A stretch of 64,000 nucleotides of DNA from Candidatus Multivorans sp. Its GTDB lineage: Bacteria; Acidobacteriota; Thermoanaerobaculia; Multivoradales; Multivoraceae. The notes under the pieces are model-generated. The model worked only from the letters and a program-made list of their open reading frames with translations. It was not told where the DNA came from and did not search any database. Every line of letters starts with the position of its first letter. Within the stretch, counting starts at the first letter, position 1. Below, in pieces: positions 33,984-42,491 of this stretch. Both the position numbers and the translations under genes were made by a program. Location: the NCBI GenBank assembly GCA_965247095.1, contig OZ251997.1, positions 1,312,001-1,376,000 on the forward strand. The letters run 5' to 3'.

Positions 33984-34517
33984 ATGAAGAAGATGGCATG
34001 GACCGTAGCCACAATCGCTGTGTTGTTGTTCCCGGCCGCCGGCGCAGCATCCGACCTGACCGCCGAGCAGGCCTTCGAGCGGCTCAAGGCGCTGGCCGGC
34101 ACCTGGGAGGGCTCGGCCAGCGCCGAGGGCGCGGAAGCCGAGGCCGAAGCGGAGGCAAGCGGCCTCGTGGTCCACGAGTTCGATGTCTCGGCCAACGGCC
34201 ACGTACTGATGGAGCGCATGGGGCCGGACACCGAGTACGAGATGGTCAACATGTACCACCTCGACGGGGCCGACCTGGTCCTCACCCACTACTGCTCGGC
34301 CGGCAACCAGCCGCGGATGAAGTTCAACGCCGCCACCAGCGCCCCAAACCGCCTGGTCTTCGACTTCGACGGCGGCACGAACCTGGACACCACCCCCAAC
34401 CACATCCACTCGGCGGAGATCCGGCTCGACGGCGAGAACAGGATCGACAGCGCATGGAAGGCTCACGAGGGAGACATGGAAGCCGGGACGATGACCTTCC
34501 ACCTGAAGCGACGCTGA
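33984..34517 (+). CDS. Hypothetical secreted protein
   Basis: GGAGGAG RBS, signal peptide MKKMAWTVATIAVLLFPAAGAA, LTHYCSAGNQPRM segment. Confidence 0.75.
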   Translation: MKKMAWTVATIAVLLFPAAGAASDLTAEQAFERLKALAGTWEGSASAEGAEAEAEAEASGLVVHEFDVSANGHVLMERMGPDTEYEMVNMYHLDGADLVLTHYCSAGNQPRMKFNAATSAPNRLVFDFDGGTNLDTTPNHIHSAEIRLDGENRIDSAWKAHEGDMEAGTMTFHLKRR

Positions 34518-34552
34518 GGAGTTCGGGACGAACCGGGCGGCGCGGCTTGCGG

Positions 34553-34596
34553 TTGCCCGACGTCATGCTTGTGCCTACAATGGTCACATGGTGACC
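34553..34596 (+). promoter_or_regulatory. Leaderless vapBC promoter with palindromic operator
   Basis: TTGCCC-17bp-TACAAT-6nt-ATG. Palindrome GGTCAC-ATG-GTGACC (34582-34596) is centred on the start codon. Confidence 0.65.
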
Positions 34597-34872
34597 GTTG
34601 GAGCGAGAGAACTCAAGACAAGGTTGGGCACGTACCTGAGGAGGGTGCGCGAGGGATCGGTGATTCTCGTGACCGAACGCGGGCGGCCGGTCGCCGAACT
34701 CAGGCCGCTGTCGAAAGCCGCATCGGACGAGGAGGAGAAGCTCCTCGACCTCGCGGCAAGGGGACTCGTGACCCTGGGGACCACGCGCCTTGCGCCGTCC
34801 ATCGAACCGGTCCCAGCGCGCGGCGGATCGGTCGCGGACACCATCGTCGAGGAGCGAGACGACCGGTTCTGA
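34588..34872 (+). CDS. vapB: Phd/YefM family antitoxin
   Basis: VGARELKTRLGTYLRRVREG..ILVTERGRPVAEL. Confidence 0.9.
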   Translation: MVTVGARELKTRLGTYLRRVREGSVILVTERGRPVAELRPLSKAASDEEEKLLDLAARGLVTLGTTRLAPSIEPVPARGGSVADTIVEERDDRF

Positions 34873-35303
34873 TGCTGTTCCTCGACGCGAGCGCTCTGGT
34901 GAAGCGGTACGTCGAGGAAGACGGATCGGACTTCGTCATCGAAGTCATGGCCGGGCAACCCGTAGCCATCAGCCGATTGTCGGCGACCGAGGTGGTCTCG
35001 GCGATCTGTCGGCGCTGCCGGGAAGGCGACATGCTGGTCGAACAGCGCGAAGCCGCCCTGCTCTCTCTCGACACCGAGCGCCCGGCCTTCCATGTGGTCG
35101 AACTCACCGAGGAGATCACGACGAGGGCCGCAGCGCTGCTGCGCCGGCACCCGCTGCGCGCGAGCGGTTCGGTGCAACTTGCCTCCTGCCTGTTGCTGGC
35201 CGATGAGTTGGGAACGCCTGCGCGCCTCGTCGCGTTCGACGATCGCCTCACAGGCGCCGCCCAGGCAGAGGGTGTCGAGTGCCTGGCCACCAGCGCCCGG
35301 TAG
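34872..35303 (+). CDS. vapC: VapC PIN-domain toxin
   Basis: FLDASALVKRY, ATEVVSA, HPLRAS.SVQLA, VAFDDRL. TGATG overlap with the antitoxin. Confidence 0.9.
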   Translation: MLFLDASALVKRYVEEDGSDFVIEVMAGQPVAISRLSATEVVSAICRRCREGDMLVEQREAALLSLDTERPAFHVVELTEEITTRAAALLRRHPLRASGSVQLASCLLLADELGTPARLVAFDDRLTGAAQAEGVECLATSAR

Positions 35304-35420
35304 AGCCGCCAAACCGCTCGCAGGCTCGCTGTTTGGCCCCAACCTGATGAACCCGGTTGCCAGGCGCGGGAGTACACTCCACCGCGCGACACTCACCGAC
35401 AGCCCGGAGAACCTGCCGAG

Positions 35421-36524
35421 ATGACCGCGCACCTACACGGCAACGGAAGAAACGGCCTCTACGGCGCCCACGGCACAGCCCTCGTGGTCGACCTCTCGAC
35501 CGGTGAACACGAGGTGGAAACGATCCCGGCCGAGGTCTTCCGCCAGTACCTGGGCGGGTACGGGCTCGGCGCCTGGCTGATGTGGAAGCACTTCCCCACC
35601 GGCGCGGAAGCCACCGCTCCCGAGGCCTGCTTCGCCCTGGTCTCCGGGCTGCTCACGGGCCTTCGCACCCCGTTCTCGGGCCGCATCCAGATCGTCGGCA
35701 AGCACCTCGGCTTCGTCTACCGGATGTTCGCGAAGCTGGGGATCAAGATCGAATCGCCGCAACCGGCGATGCGCCAGTTGTGGGCCGATCGCGGCACCAC
35801 GGCGGCGGTGGCGTTGTCCATCGAAAACGGCGACGCACCGCTCAAGAACTGGACCGGCGTCGGCGCCCGCGACTTCCCGCTGTCGAAGAAGGGTTGGAAG
35901 CTCGACGGCGCCGAAGTCGACAAGATGATCACCAGGAAGCTGAGCTGCGGCAACTGTCCCGCGCCCTGCAAGGGCATCGTCCGCGTCAAGAGCCGGAGAC
36001 TGTCCGACGTGCGGCGCCCGGACTACCCGCGCTTCACATCGCTGATGGGAGTCACCTACATCTCCGATCCGACGCCCGGCCGCCACACCGCAGGCGCCGC
36101 GTCCTGGAACGAGACCTTCGGCGCCGGCTTCCCGTTGCCCGAAGCCGCTCCGAAGGACGAGGTGCAGATCGCCTGGAGCCTCACCGGCGGCCTGCCCTGG
36201 GTCGACATGGTGAACGCGCTGACCGGATGGGAGGTGGACCAGAAGGAACTGCTGCTCTGCGGCGAGCGCATCCAGAACCTCCGCAACGCCTTCAACGTCC
36301 GCGAGGGGATCCGGCCGGCGGACTTCCAGGCCCACCCGCGGATGAAGGGCGAGGGCGACGGACTTCTCGAAGCCGGCCCGCTCGCCGGGGTCCGGGCGCC
36401 GCTCGAACAGTTGAAGCGGGACTACTACCAAGCAATGGACTGGGACCCCGGCACCGGCCGACTCAGCCGGAACCGCGCCGAGCAACTGGGCATGGCCGAG
36501 CTGCTGGACGCCCAACTGGCCTGA
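35421..36524 (+). CDS. Aldehyde:ferredoxin oxidoreductase homologue, internally deleted (367 aa; possibly a pseudogene)
   Basis: [25 protein letters not shown]-terminal [24 protein letters not shown]. Roughly 240 aa shorter than typical AFORs. Confidence 0.8.
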   Translation: MTAHLHGNGRNGLYGAHGTALVVDLSTGEHEVETIPAEVFRQYLGGYGLGAWLMWKHFPTGAEATAPEACFALVSGLLTGLRTPFSGRIQIVGKHLGFVYRMFAKLGIKIESPQPAMRQLWADRGTTAAVALSIENGDAPLKNWTGVGARDFPLSKKGWKLDGAEVDKMITRKLSCGNCPAPCKGIVRVKSRRLSDVRRPDYPRFTSLMGVTYISDPTPGRHTAGAASWNETFGAGFPLPEAAPKDEVQIAWSLTGGLPWVDMVNALTGWEVDQKELLLCGERIQNLRNAFNVREGIRPADFQAHPRMKGEGDGLLEAGPLAGVRAPLEQLKRDYYQAMDWDPGTGRLSRNRAEQLGMAELLDAQLA

Positions 36525-36545
36525 TCGGCCTGCTTCGACGCCGCG

Positions 36546-38303
36546 ATGGGCCTCCTCCGAAGCCTGGTTCATCCCCGCTCCCGGCCCAAGATCCGCGTCC
36601 GGGTCCTGATCCGCGGCCGAATAGGCGCCGGCTGGCATGACGTCGACCGGACCTTCCGGCTGGCGCCCGGCGCCACCCTGGGCGAGCTCCTGCCGGCCGC
36701 CGACCGGGCGGGCGTCCCGCTCGCCGAGGCGATCAAGGGCTCGCCCCACCTGCGCGACACGCTGATGATCAACGGCGAGCGGTGTCCGCTGGAGGCGCAC
36801 CGAGGCCGGACGCTTCAGGACGGCGACGAGATCTACCTGCTCGCTCCCGTGGCCGGCGGCAGCGGCGCCAACGCCTGGGCGCGGGACAGCTTCGAGGCGC
36901 GACTGGAGCGGATGCTCCGGCGCGAGATCGACGGGTGCGAACGGCTGACCGCGGTCGAGCGTCTCTCCGGCGGCGCCAGCCAGGAGACCTACCGCCTGCG
37001 GATCGAAACGGAGGCCGGTGATCGCCAGCTCGCCCTCCGGCGGTCCCAGAGCGGCAAGCAGGAAGAAGCCCGTGCCGTCGAGCGCAGCGCGCCCGGACTT
37101 CGGATCGAGGCGAAGCTGATGCGGGTCGCCCGCCGGAACGGGATTCCAGAGCCCGAGGTCTTCTACGTCCTGGAAGCCGGCGACGAGCTAGGGGCCGGCT
37201 TCGTCATGGAGTGGCTCGACGGCATCGCCCTGGGCGCGCGGATCGTCCGCTCGCCGGAGCTCGCCAAGGTGCGTCCGAAGCTGGCACGGCAGTGCGGCGA
37301 GATCCTGGGCCGTATGCACAGCATCGACCTCAAAGCGCACGGCCTCGACCGCGACCTGGCGCGCCTGAGCGCCGCCGACTTCATCGAGCAGACCCGGGGC
37401 CGCTACGAGGCTCTCGGCACGCCGCAGCCGATGATCGACTTCACCGGCCGCTGGCTGATCGAGAACCTACCCGAGTCGACCGAGCAGACCCTGGTTCACA
37501 ACGACTTCCGCAACGGCAACCTGATGGTCGACCGGACCGGCGTCATCGCGGTGCTCGACTGGGAGATCGCCCACATCGGCGACCCGCTGCGCGACCTGGG
37601 CTGGATCTGCACGAATTCGTGGCGGTACGGCGCCGGCCCCGAACTGCCGGTCGGCGGCTTCGGTACCTACGAAAATCTGTTCGCCGGCTACGAGGCGACG
37701 AGCGGCCACCGGGTCGATCTGAGCCGGGTCGAGTACTGGCAGGTGTTCGGCTCCTACTGGTGGGCGGTCTCCACTCTCGGCATGACCGAGGCCTATCGGA
37801 TCGGCCCGGACCGCTCGGTCGAACGGGTCACGATCGGCCGCCGGACGACGGAGTGCCAGGTCGACTGCGTGAATCTCCTCATCCCGGGGTCGGTCGAACT
37901 GGTTGCCGCCCCCGAACAGCTCACCGACCCCGACATGCCGCGGCTCGAGGAGCTGGTTGGCGCGACGCGCGACTTCCTGCACGGCCCGGTGAGAGACGAA
38001 ACGACCGGACGCACCCGGTTCCATGCCCTCGTCGCCGGCAACGCGCTCGACATCGCGTACCGGGACCTGCACTTCGGCGCCGAACACCGTCGCCGCGAGC
38101 ACGAGCGACTCCGCCGCCTGCTCGACGCCGAGGGCTCGCTGCTCGATTTGCGCTGGAAGCTGGTCCACGCGATCCGCGACGACGCCCTTGCGCTTGACGA
38201 CACCCGTCTGCACGAGCACCTGCGCGCCACCGTGGTCAACCAGATCGCGATCGATCAGCCGAAGTACTCGGGCTTCAAGACCGCGGCGGAACGCCGGAGC
38301 TGA
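36546..38303 (+). CDS. MoaD/ThiS ubiquitin-like domain fused to an APH-family phosphotransferase and a DUF6285-like C-terminal domain
   Basis: aa1-105 end in [21 protein letters not shown]. Then [33 protein letters not shown], and C-terminal [10 protein letters not shown]. Confidence 0.85.
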   Translation: MGLLRSLVHPRSRPKIRVRVLIRGRIGAGWHDVDRTFRLAPGATLGELLPAADRAGVPLAEAIKGSPHLRDTLMINGERCPLEAHRGRTLQDGDEIYLLAPVAGGSGANAWARDSFEARLERMLRREIDGCERLTAVERLSGGASQETYRLRIETEAGDRQLALRRSQSGKQEEARAVERSAPGLRIEAKLMRVARRNGIPEPEVFYVLEAGDELGAGFVMEWLDGIALGARIVRSPELAKVRPKLARQCGEILGRMHSIDLKAHGLDRDLARLSAADFIEQTRGRYEALGTPQPMIDFTGRWLIENLPESTEQTLVHNDFRNGNLMVDRTGVIAVLDWEIAHIGDPLRDLGWICTNSWRYGAGPELPVGGFGTYENLFAGYEATSGHRVDLSRVEYWQVFGSYWWAVSTLGMTEAYRIGPDRSVERVTIGRRTTECQVDCVNLLIPGSVELVAAPEQLTDPDMPRLEELVGATRDFLHGPVRDETTGRTRFHALVAGNALDIAYRDLHFGAEHRRREHERLRRLLDAEGSLLDLRWKLVHAIRDDALALDDTRLHEHLRATVVNQIAIDQPKYSGFKTAAERRS

Positions 38304-38376
38304 CCCAGGCCGAACGACTCCCCGAAGCTATAGTCACCGGAGACTCGTCTCACAGCAGATCCAGGGAGGACGCCCA

Positions 38377-38967
38377 ATGAAGACGCATGCCATCCGTAGA
38401 GCCACCATCTCCGTCCTCGCACTGGCACTGGTCGCCACTTCACTCTCGGCCCAGCGCCAGAGCGGGCCCCGCATTCCGCCGGCCGAGGGTGTCGAGAGCA
38501 TCAACATCATTCGCACGCTCTCCCAGCATCCGCCGCTGATGGAGGCCTGGGGCCCATTCGGCGGCTACATCCTCCGCGGCAGCACCCTTCCCGACCGGGA
38601 CCGCGAGATGCTCATTCTGCGTACGGCGTGGCTGAACGAGGCCGAGTACGAGTGGGGGCACCACCGCCGCGCCGCGAAGGCGGCCGGGATGACGGACGAG
38701 GAGATCCGCAACATCGCAGTGGGCGAGAACGCCGGGCCCTGGAGCAGCTTCGAGCGCTACCTCCTACGCGCCGCCTACGAGTTGCATTCCCGATCGGCCA
38801 TCTCGGAGCGCACCTGGGCATTCCTGAAGGCCCGCTACACCGACCAGCAGATGATCGACCTGATCTTCACGGTCGGCCAGTACCGGATGGTGTCGATGGC
38901 TCTGCGCAGCATCGGCGTGGAACTCGACGAGGGTCTCGAGCCCTTCCCCGACGTTCCGAGGCGCTAG
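38377..38967 (+). CDS. Carboxymuconolactone decarboxylase/AhpD-like protein with signal peptide
   Basis: GGAGG RBS, REMLILRTAWL...YEWGHH, DLIFTVGQY. Confidence 0.85.
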   Translation: MKTHAIRRATISVLALALVATSLSAQRQSGPRIPPAEGVESINIIRTLSQHPPLMEAWGPFGGYILRGSTLPDRDREMLILRTAWLNEAEYEWGHHRRAAKAAGMTDEEIRNIAVGENAGPWSSFERYLLRAAYELHSRSAISERTWAFLKARYTDQQMIDLIFTVGQYRMVSMALRSIGVELDEGLEPFPDVPRR

Positions 38968-38992
38968 GAACTTGCGCGGCAGAAAGATCTGA

Positions 38993-39019
38993 CCTGGGAA
39001 CGCGGGCATCCTGCCCGCA
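38993..39019. repeat. REP-like palindrome, copy B
   Basis: CCTGGGAACGCGGGCATCCTGCCCGCA between convergent genes. Matches 32908-32934. Confidence 0.8.
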
Positions 39020-39057
39020 TCCGGCGCGAAGCGCCGGCCTCCGGTAGTTCTGCCGCG

Positions 39058-39975
39058 CTAGCGCCTCAGCGCCGCCTTCACCTCGGCCAAGCGCCCGATG
39101 GAATCGAGCACCCACCCCGGGTCCTGCACCAGGTGCCGTACCACGACCTCGTCGTACCCCATCGCGGTCAGTTCACCGAACGCGGCGGCGGTCCGCTCCA
39201 CGTCGCCGACGATGAGCGCGTCCGGCGGGAAGCCTCGGTAGCCGCGAGCGATCATCTTCCCCGCCAGGGCCTCGGCCTCGGCAGCCGTCTCGCCGACGTA
39301 GATGTCGCGCCGGATGGCACACACGCCGACCGGACGACCGTGGCGTTCGCAGGCCTCCCGGTAGCGCCGGAGTTGCTCCGCCGCCACTGCCGGCGCCAGG
39401 CCGGGCGCCGCCAGCCAGCCATCGCCCAGCCGTGCGGCGCGGTCGATCGCCGGCGGCGCCGAAGCCCCGATCCAGACCTCGACCGGCGCCGGCGGGCAGG
39501 GCGAAATCCGCGCCTCGTGCAGTTCGAAGCGGCTGCCCTCTCCGCCGGTCGTCACCGTTTCGCCGGCCCAAAGCCGCCGCAGGATCGCGAGCGACTGCTC
39601 GAACCGCGACGGCCGCTGACGAGCCGGGACGCCCATGGCCGGAAACTGGTTGTCGGCCGGCCCGATCGCGCACTGGAGGATGAACCGTCCAGAGGTAAGG
39701 CTCGCCAGGGTGCCGACCTGCTCCGCGACGATCAGCGGGTGCCAGAGCGGGAGCAGGTACAGAGCGCCCGCCGGGCGATCCCCCCACTCCGCCAACATCC
39801 GGCCGAGGATCGCGGTGTTCTGGTAATACGGCCGCGGCGTCGCGTGGTGGTCGCCGACAAACAGTGCGTCCAGGCCGGCTTCCCGGGCGGCCCGCGCACG
39901 GTCCACCATGCGCCGCGCCCCCTCGCGGACATCGGTCACGTTGTAGGCGCTCTGAACTGAAATACTGACCCGCAT
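39058..39975 (-). CDS. LLM-class flavin-dependent oxidoreductase
   Basis: GLDALFVGDHH, HPLIVAEQVGTL, VWIGA...AIDRAARLGDGW. Confidence 0.9.
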   Translation of the reverse strand: MRVSISVQSAYNVTDVREGARRMVDRARAAREAGLDALFVGDHHATPRPYYQNTAILGRMLAEWGDRPAGALYLLPLWHPLIVAEQVGTLASLTSGRFILQCAIGPADNQFPAMGVPARQRPSRFEQSLAILRRLWAGETVTTGGEGSRFELHEARISPCPPAPVEVWIGASAPPAIDRAARLGDGWLAAPGLAPAVAAEQLRRYREACERHGRPVGVCAIRRDIYVGETAAEAEALAGKMIARGYRGFPPDALIVGDVERTAAAFGELTAMGYDEVVVRHLVQDPGWVLDSIGRLAEVKAALRR

Positions 39976-40062
39976 GGCTACCCTCCGCCGTCAATGTACT
40001 CCAATCCACGGCCTGCTACGATGCGCGCCACAAACAACGCGAAACAAACCTTGGACCCCGAT

Positions 40063-40344
40063 ATGCCTGAACTGATTCTCGCCGCAGCCACCTACCCCGC
40101 CGGCGGCCTGATCGCCGGCGTTCTCGGCGCCGCCGTCGGCGTCCTGGTCGTCATCATCATTGCCGACGGCGCCAGCACGGAGCCGGTCGCGCCGAGGATG
40201 ATCCCCCTCTGGATGTGGCTTGCTTTCTGGACCCCGCTCGGTCTGATCCTGATCATGACCGACATGCCGGGCTGGCTGCGCACGCTGCTCTTCGTGATTC
40301 CGCTCGCGCTCACCCTCGGCCTGTTCAACCGGCGCGCAGCCTGA
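40063..40344 (+). CDS. Small hypothetical membrane protein
   Basis: Three hydrophobic segments. Ends 4 bp before the next gene. Confidence 0.6.
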   Translation: MPELILAAATYPAGGLIAGVLGAAVGVLVVIIIADGASTEPVAPRMIPLWMWLAFWTPLGLILIMTDMPGWLRTLLFVIPLALTLGLFNRRAA

Positions 40345-40347
40345 CAA

Positions 40348-41145
40348 GTGCCATCCGCGACCGCGGCCGACGGCGCAACACTCCGCTACCAGGTCGCGGG
40401 TAGCGGCCCGGCCGTCGCCCTCACGCACGGCCTGGGCGGTCATCTGGACTCCTGGGCGCCCACGGTAGCGACGCTCCAGGACCGCTACACCGTTCTGACC
40501 TGGGACGTCCGCGGCTTCGGCCGCTCCACGAAGCGGCCCGACGACCTGTCGCCGGAGACCTGGGCTTCCGACCTCGCCGGCCTCCTCGACGAAGTCGGCG
40601 CCGACGACGCCGTGATCGCCGGTATCTCAATGGGCGGCGTCATCTCGCAACGATTCGCGCTCGACTTCCCTGACCGCACCCGGGCCCTGATCCTGATCAG
40701 CACCTCCAGCGAAGTGAACGAGCGCGCCACCGCCGGGTGGAACGCGCGCGCCGACCTCATCGAACGCGGCGGCCTGGGCGCCGCCCTGACGCCCACCGTC
40801 CCCTCCCCCTCCTACGGCAAGGAGTACCGCGAACGCCACGCCGACGACATCGCCGAAGCCGCCCGTCTCACCATCGAGCGCAACGACGCGGCCTGTTACG
40901 CCGCCGCCTGCCGCGCCGTTTCGGACATCGACTACACCGCCGACCTCGCCACCATCACTTGCCCCACCCTGATCCTCCAGGGCCTGGAAGACGGCGTCAC
41001 CCCACCCGGCGGCAGCGTCATCATGTCCCGCCGCATCCCCGGCGCCCGCCTGATCATGCTCGAACACTGCGGCCACGACATCCCCGCCGAACGCCCCGAA
41101 GAGTTCCACACCGAAGTGGAGAGCTTCCTCGCGGACGTCGCGTAG
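40348..41145 (+). CDS. Alpha/beta hydrolase (PcaD enol-lactonase-like)
   Basis: HGLGG, DVRGFGRS, GISMGG, CGH. Confidence 0.88.
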   Translation: MPSATAADGATLRYQVAGSGPAVALTHGLGGHLDSWAPTVATLQDRYTVLTWDVRGFGRSTKRPDDLSPETWASDLAGLLDEVGADDAVIAGISMGGVISQRFALDFPDRTRALILISTSSEVNERATAGWNARADLIERGGLGAALTPTVPSPSYGKEYRERHADDIAEAARLTIERNDAACYAAACRAVSDIDYTADLATITCPTLILQGLEDGVTPPGGSVIMSRRIPGARLIMLEHCGHDIPAERPEEFHTEVESFLADVA

Positions 41146-41156
41146 ATCCGGAGGCG

Positions 41157-41187
41157 GAGCCGGAGCAGAGCCGGAGCAGAGCCGGAG
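41157..41187. repeat. Short tandem repeat (GAGCCGGAGCA) x~2.8
   Basis: Read directly in the convergent intergenic region. Confidence 0.6.
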
Positions 41188-41307
41188 AGGCGGCTGGTCG
41201 CGGGCAGAGGTGGCACCCGCCTGCCTGGTCGGGGCTCAGGGGGGAGGGGGCCCAGGTGCCGTTCCGGTACAGCCGCGCAGCCGCGGAGCCGGCCGAAGTC
41301 GCTCCGG

Positions 41308-42312
41308 CTACTTGAGGTGGCGGTCGAAGAAGTCGATCTCGGCGGCCATGGCCTTGTCGAGCCAGTCGCCGCTGTAGACGTCGTAGTGGCCCATGTCCCA
41401 GGCGTGGTATTCGACCGGGACGCGGCCGGAGAGGATCTGGGCGACTCGCTGGCCGTGCTCGCGGATGTCGAAGTAGTGCTCCTGCTTGGCGTCGATGATG
41501 ATGACAGGCTGAGTGATGAGGTGCGCGTGTTCGACGGGTGAGAACTTGGCGAAGCGTTCGTAGTACGGGCTGCCGGTGAGACCTTCCGGCTGGGGGCCGC
41601 CGACCGGGACCGGCGCCACCTCGCCGCGGGCGCGAAGGATGGCCGTCCGGTGGAATCCCTTGAGACCGCCGGGGGCCACCACCAGGCCGGAGCGCTGGTC
41701 CATCGCGCCGACCTGGGCGGCGACCGCCTTGACCCGGCGGTCGTGGGCGGCGCGCCAGATGACGTGGCCGCCGCCGAAGCTCGAGCCCCAGATGCCGATT
41801 CGGCTGGCATCCGCGTGCGGTTCGCCCTCGACGAAGGTGATGGCGGCGTCGATGTCCTCCTGCTGATCGAGCGGGTCGACGAGCTGACGGATCGCCTGCG
41901 CCTTGACCGTCACGTAGCCGTCCTCGTCCGGTTCCGGCATCTGGCCGCGGACGACGAGGCGCGAATCGCTCTCGCCCCAGCCGCGGTAGTCGAAGGCCAG
42001 CACCAGGTAGCCGGCGGCGGCAAAACGCGGCGCGATACCCCGGTTCAGGTGCGACTTCGTACCGCCCCAGCCGTGACAGAGCACGATCGTCGGCAGCTTC
42101 TCGCCTTCGCCGGTCGCCTTCGGGTAGAAGACATCGCCGGCCAGCCGCGTGCCGTCGCTCCAGAGTTCGACCGGCTTGCGGACGACGGACGGATAGCCCT
42201 CCACGTCCATCAACTCACCGGCAGCCAGCGCCGGCGCGGGGCTGGACGCTGCGGCCAGGATCCCGGCCAGGGCCAACACCCACAGGTACATCTTCCGGGT
42301 GTGCTCTCGCAT
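41308..42312 (-). CDS. Secreted alpha/beta hydrolase (S9/S15-like)
   Basis: Signal peptide, CHGWGG, FDYRGWGES, WGSSFGG, GHYDVY. Confidence 0.88.
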   Translation of the reverse strand: MREHTRKMYLWVLALAGILAAASSPAPALAAGELMDVEGYPSVVRKPVELWSDGTRLAGDVFYPKATGEGEKLPTIVLCHGWGGTKSHLNRGIAPRFAAAGYLVLAFDYRGWGESDSRLVVRGQMPEPDEDGYVTVKAQAIRQLVDPLDQQEDIDAAITFVEGEPHADASRIGIWGSSFGGGHVIWRAAHDRRVKAVAAQVGAMDQRSGLVVAPGGLKGFHRTAILRARGEVAPVPVGGPQPEGLTGSPYYERFAKFSPVEHAHLITQPVIIIDAKQEHYFDIREHGQRVAQILSGRVPVEYHAWDMGHYDVYSGDWLDKAMAAEIDFFDRHLK

Positions 42313-42491
42313 TGCCGTTCCTCCTTGCATGGAACAAGCCCTGTTTCCTGTGCGTCAGCGCGGCGCGGACGCCGCGACTCGACTCCGAAAGTACTCAGGG
42401 TCGGTTTCGCCGATGCTACCGGAGCGGTCGCCGCAAAGCGCGAAAGCGCCGGTCGGCGCCGCAAGTTCCGTTCGGAGTAGAGTCGCGTCCC

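Noticed and set aside
41157-41187. 11-bp tandem repeat as a functional element
   Set aside because: Short, intergenic between convergent genes, most likely slippage.
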